DNA of 64,000 nucleotides from Candidatus Eiseniibacteriota bacterium (GTDB lineage Bacteria; Eisenbacteria; RBG-16-71-46; SZUA-252): positions 1,505 to 65,504 of the forward strand of contig JBGPMB010000001.1 of assembly GCA_041486775.1 (NCBI GenBank). The letters run 5' to 3'. Below the pieces are notes generated by a model that was given only the letters and a program-made list of their open reading frames with translations, had not been told where the DNA came from and ran no database searches. Numbering within the stretch: the stretch's first letter is position 1; every line of letters begins with the position of its first letter. Shown here piece after piece: positions 63,287 through 64,000 of the stretch. The position numbers and the translations under genes are program-made.

Positions 63287-64000
63287 CTACGGCATGGTGA
63301 TGGCGTTGCCGTCCATGGTCACCGCGCCGTTTTGCGCGAGGGCTCTGCCGACGAGACTCGCGCCCGTGCCCAGACTGATGCTGGTCAGAGCGATGATATT
63401 TCCCTTGAAGGCCGTGCCCAACCCCAGCGTCGCGGAGCTGCCGACCTGCCAGTACACGTTACGAGCCAAGCTGCCGCCGGTCATGACGACCGACGAGCTG
63501 CTCGCGGTATTGAGAGCGCTCGCTATTTTGAAAATGAATACCGAGCTCGCGTTGCCGTTGAGCGTGAGAGCGCCGGTCAGCTGGGCCGATGACGTGAAGC
63601 AATAAACGCCCTGCGTGAGCGTCTTGCCGCCGAGGTCCTGGCCGGTCAAAGACGTCCCGCACGTCTTGGCGGCGAGAGCATTGTATGCGGGCGTGAGGTC
63701 GGTCTGCGCCTGAGCGGAAGAGACGTCACCGGAATGGGTCGTTCCGGTGATCGTGCCGGGAGGAAAGCCGGTGGGCGAGATGCCGGGGCTGCCCACGCCG
63801 AGATCTCCGGTGATGGCGGTCGCGCCCGTATTCGTCACTGCGGACATGCCCAGCACCACATAGGACTGAGCCGTGCTGAGGACCGGAGCCGTGGGATTGG
63901 CCCCCGTTCCCGGGCCGGTGACGCTGGACTTGCCGTTGCTTCCGCAGGCTCCGGAGAACAGAGCGGCGGAGAGAAGAATGGCGGTGAGGCGTGCCGAAGG
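63287..64000 (-). CDS. DUF3494 ice-binding-like (IBP) beta-helix family lipoprotein; start codon beyond the window end
   Basis: GALTLNGNASSVFIFKI...NVYWQVGSSATLGLGTAFKGNIIALTSISLGTGASLVGRALAQNGAVTMDGNAIT matches the DUF3494 right-handed beta-helix. The frame is open to nt 64000, where it encodes a signal/lipobox-like ...LTAILLSAALFSGACGSNG. Confidence 0.6.
   Translation of the reverse strand, partial: PSARLTAILLSAALFSGACGSNGKSSVTGPGTGANPTAPVLSTAQSYVVLGMSAVTNTGATAITGDLGVGSPGISPTGFPPGTITGTTHSGDVSSAQAQTDLTPAYNALAAKTCGTSLTGQDLGGKTLTQGVYCFTSSAQLTGALTLNGNASSVFIFKIASALNTASSSSVVMTGGSLARNVYWQVGSSATLGLGTAFKGNIIALTSISLGTGASLVGRALAQNGAVTMDGNAITMP

Noticed and set aside
1-64000. CRISPR arrays, rRNA, or insertion sequences
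   Set aside because: No regularly spaced direct repeats were seen. There is no transposase-like or integrase-like ORF, no rRNA-like conserved block, and no terminal inverted repeat pairs flanking any gene.

Overview
This is a high-GC (about 68-70%) bacterial chromosomal segment. Coding density is high, start/stop overlaps are frequent, and many ORF-track entries are antisense shadow ORFs. Gene content fits a Gram-negative lineage such as Gemmatimonadota or Acidobacteriota: secreted M16 and M61 peptidases, an Omp85-like barrel, a DUF5916 outer-membrane protein, lipoproteins and ECF sigma modules. That taxonomic guess is inferred from content only. I support about 60 CDS and find no rRNA, tRNA or CRISPR array. 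Two loci look most worth follow-up. The first (7.2-16.4 kb) has three tandem GT-C (ArnT/PMT-like) membrane glycosyltransferases interleaved with a SAM methyltransferase and a PIG-L deacetylase, followed by a translationally coupled OmpR/PmrAB-like two-component system. The second (54.3-57.4 kb) is a cassette in which an FAD/NAD(P) flavoprotein fused to a NapH/CcoG-type polyferredoxin membrane domain sits directly upstream of a compact radical-SAM/twitch enzyme; the two are separated by 1 nt (TGA at 56488-56490, GTG at 56492). The window also holds a feoA-feoB-feoC-like-PAP2 iron-uptake operon preceded by a DtxR-family gene, two ECF sigma/anti-sigma modules (one with a DUF4097 partner and a divergent DUF5916 gene), an MprF-like C-terminal synthase, TypA, malic enzyme, PPK2, a MarR-DinB-YciI operon behind a perfect 20-bp palindrome, an HlyD/ABC-2 exporter, and a DUF3494 ice-binding-like lipoprotein cut off at the window end.
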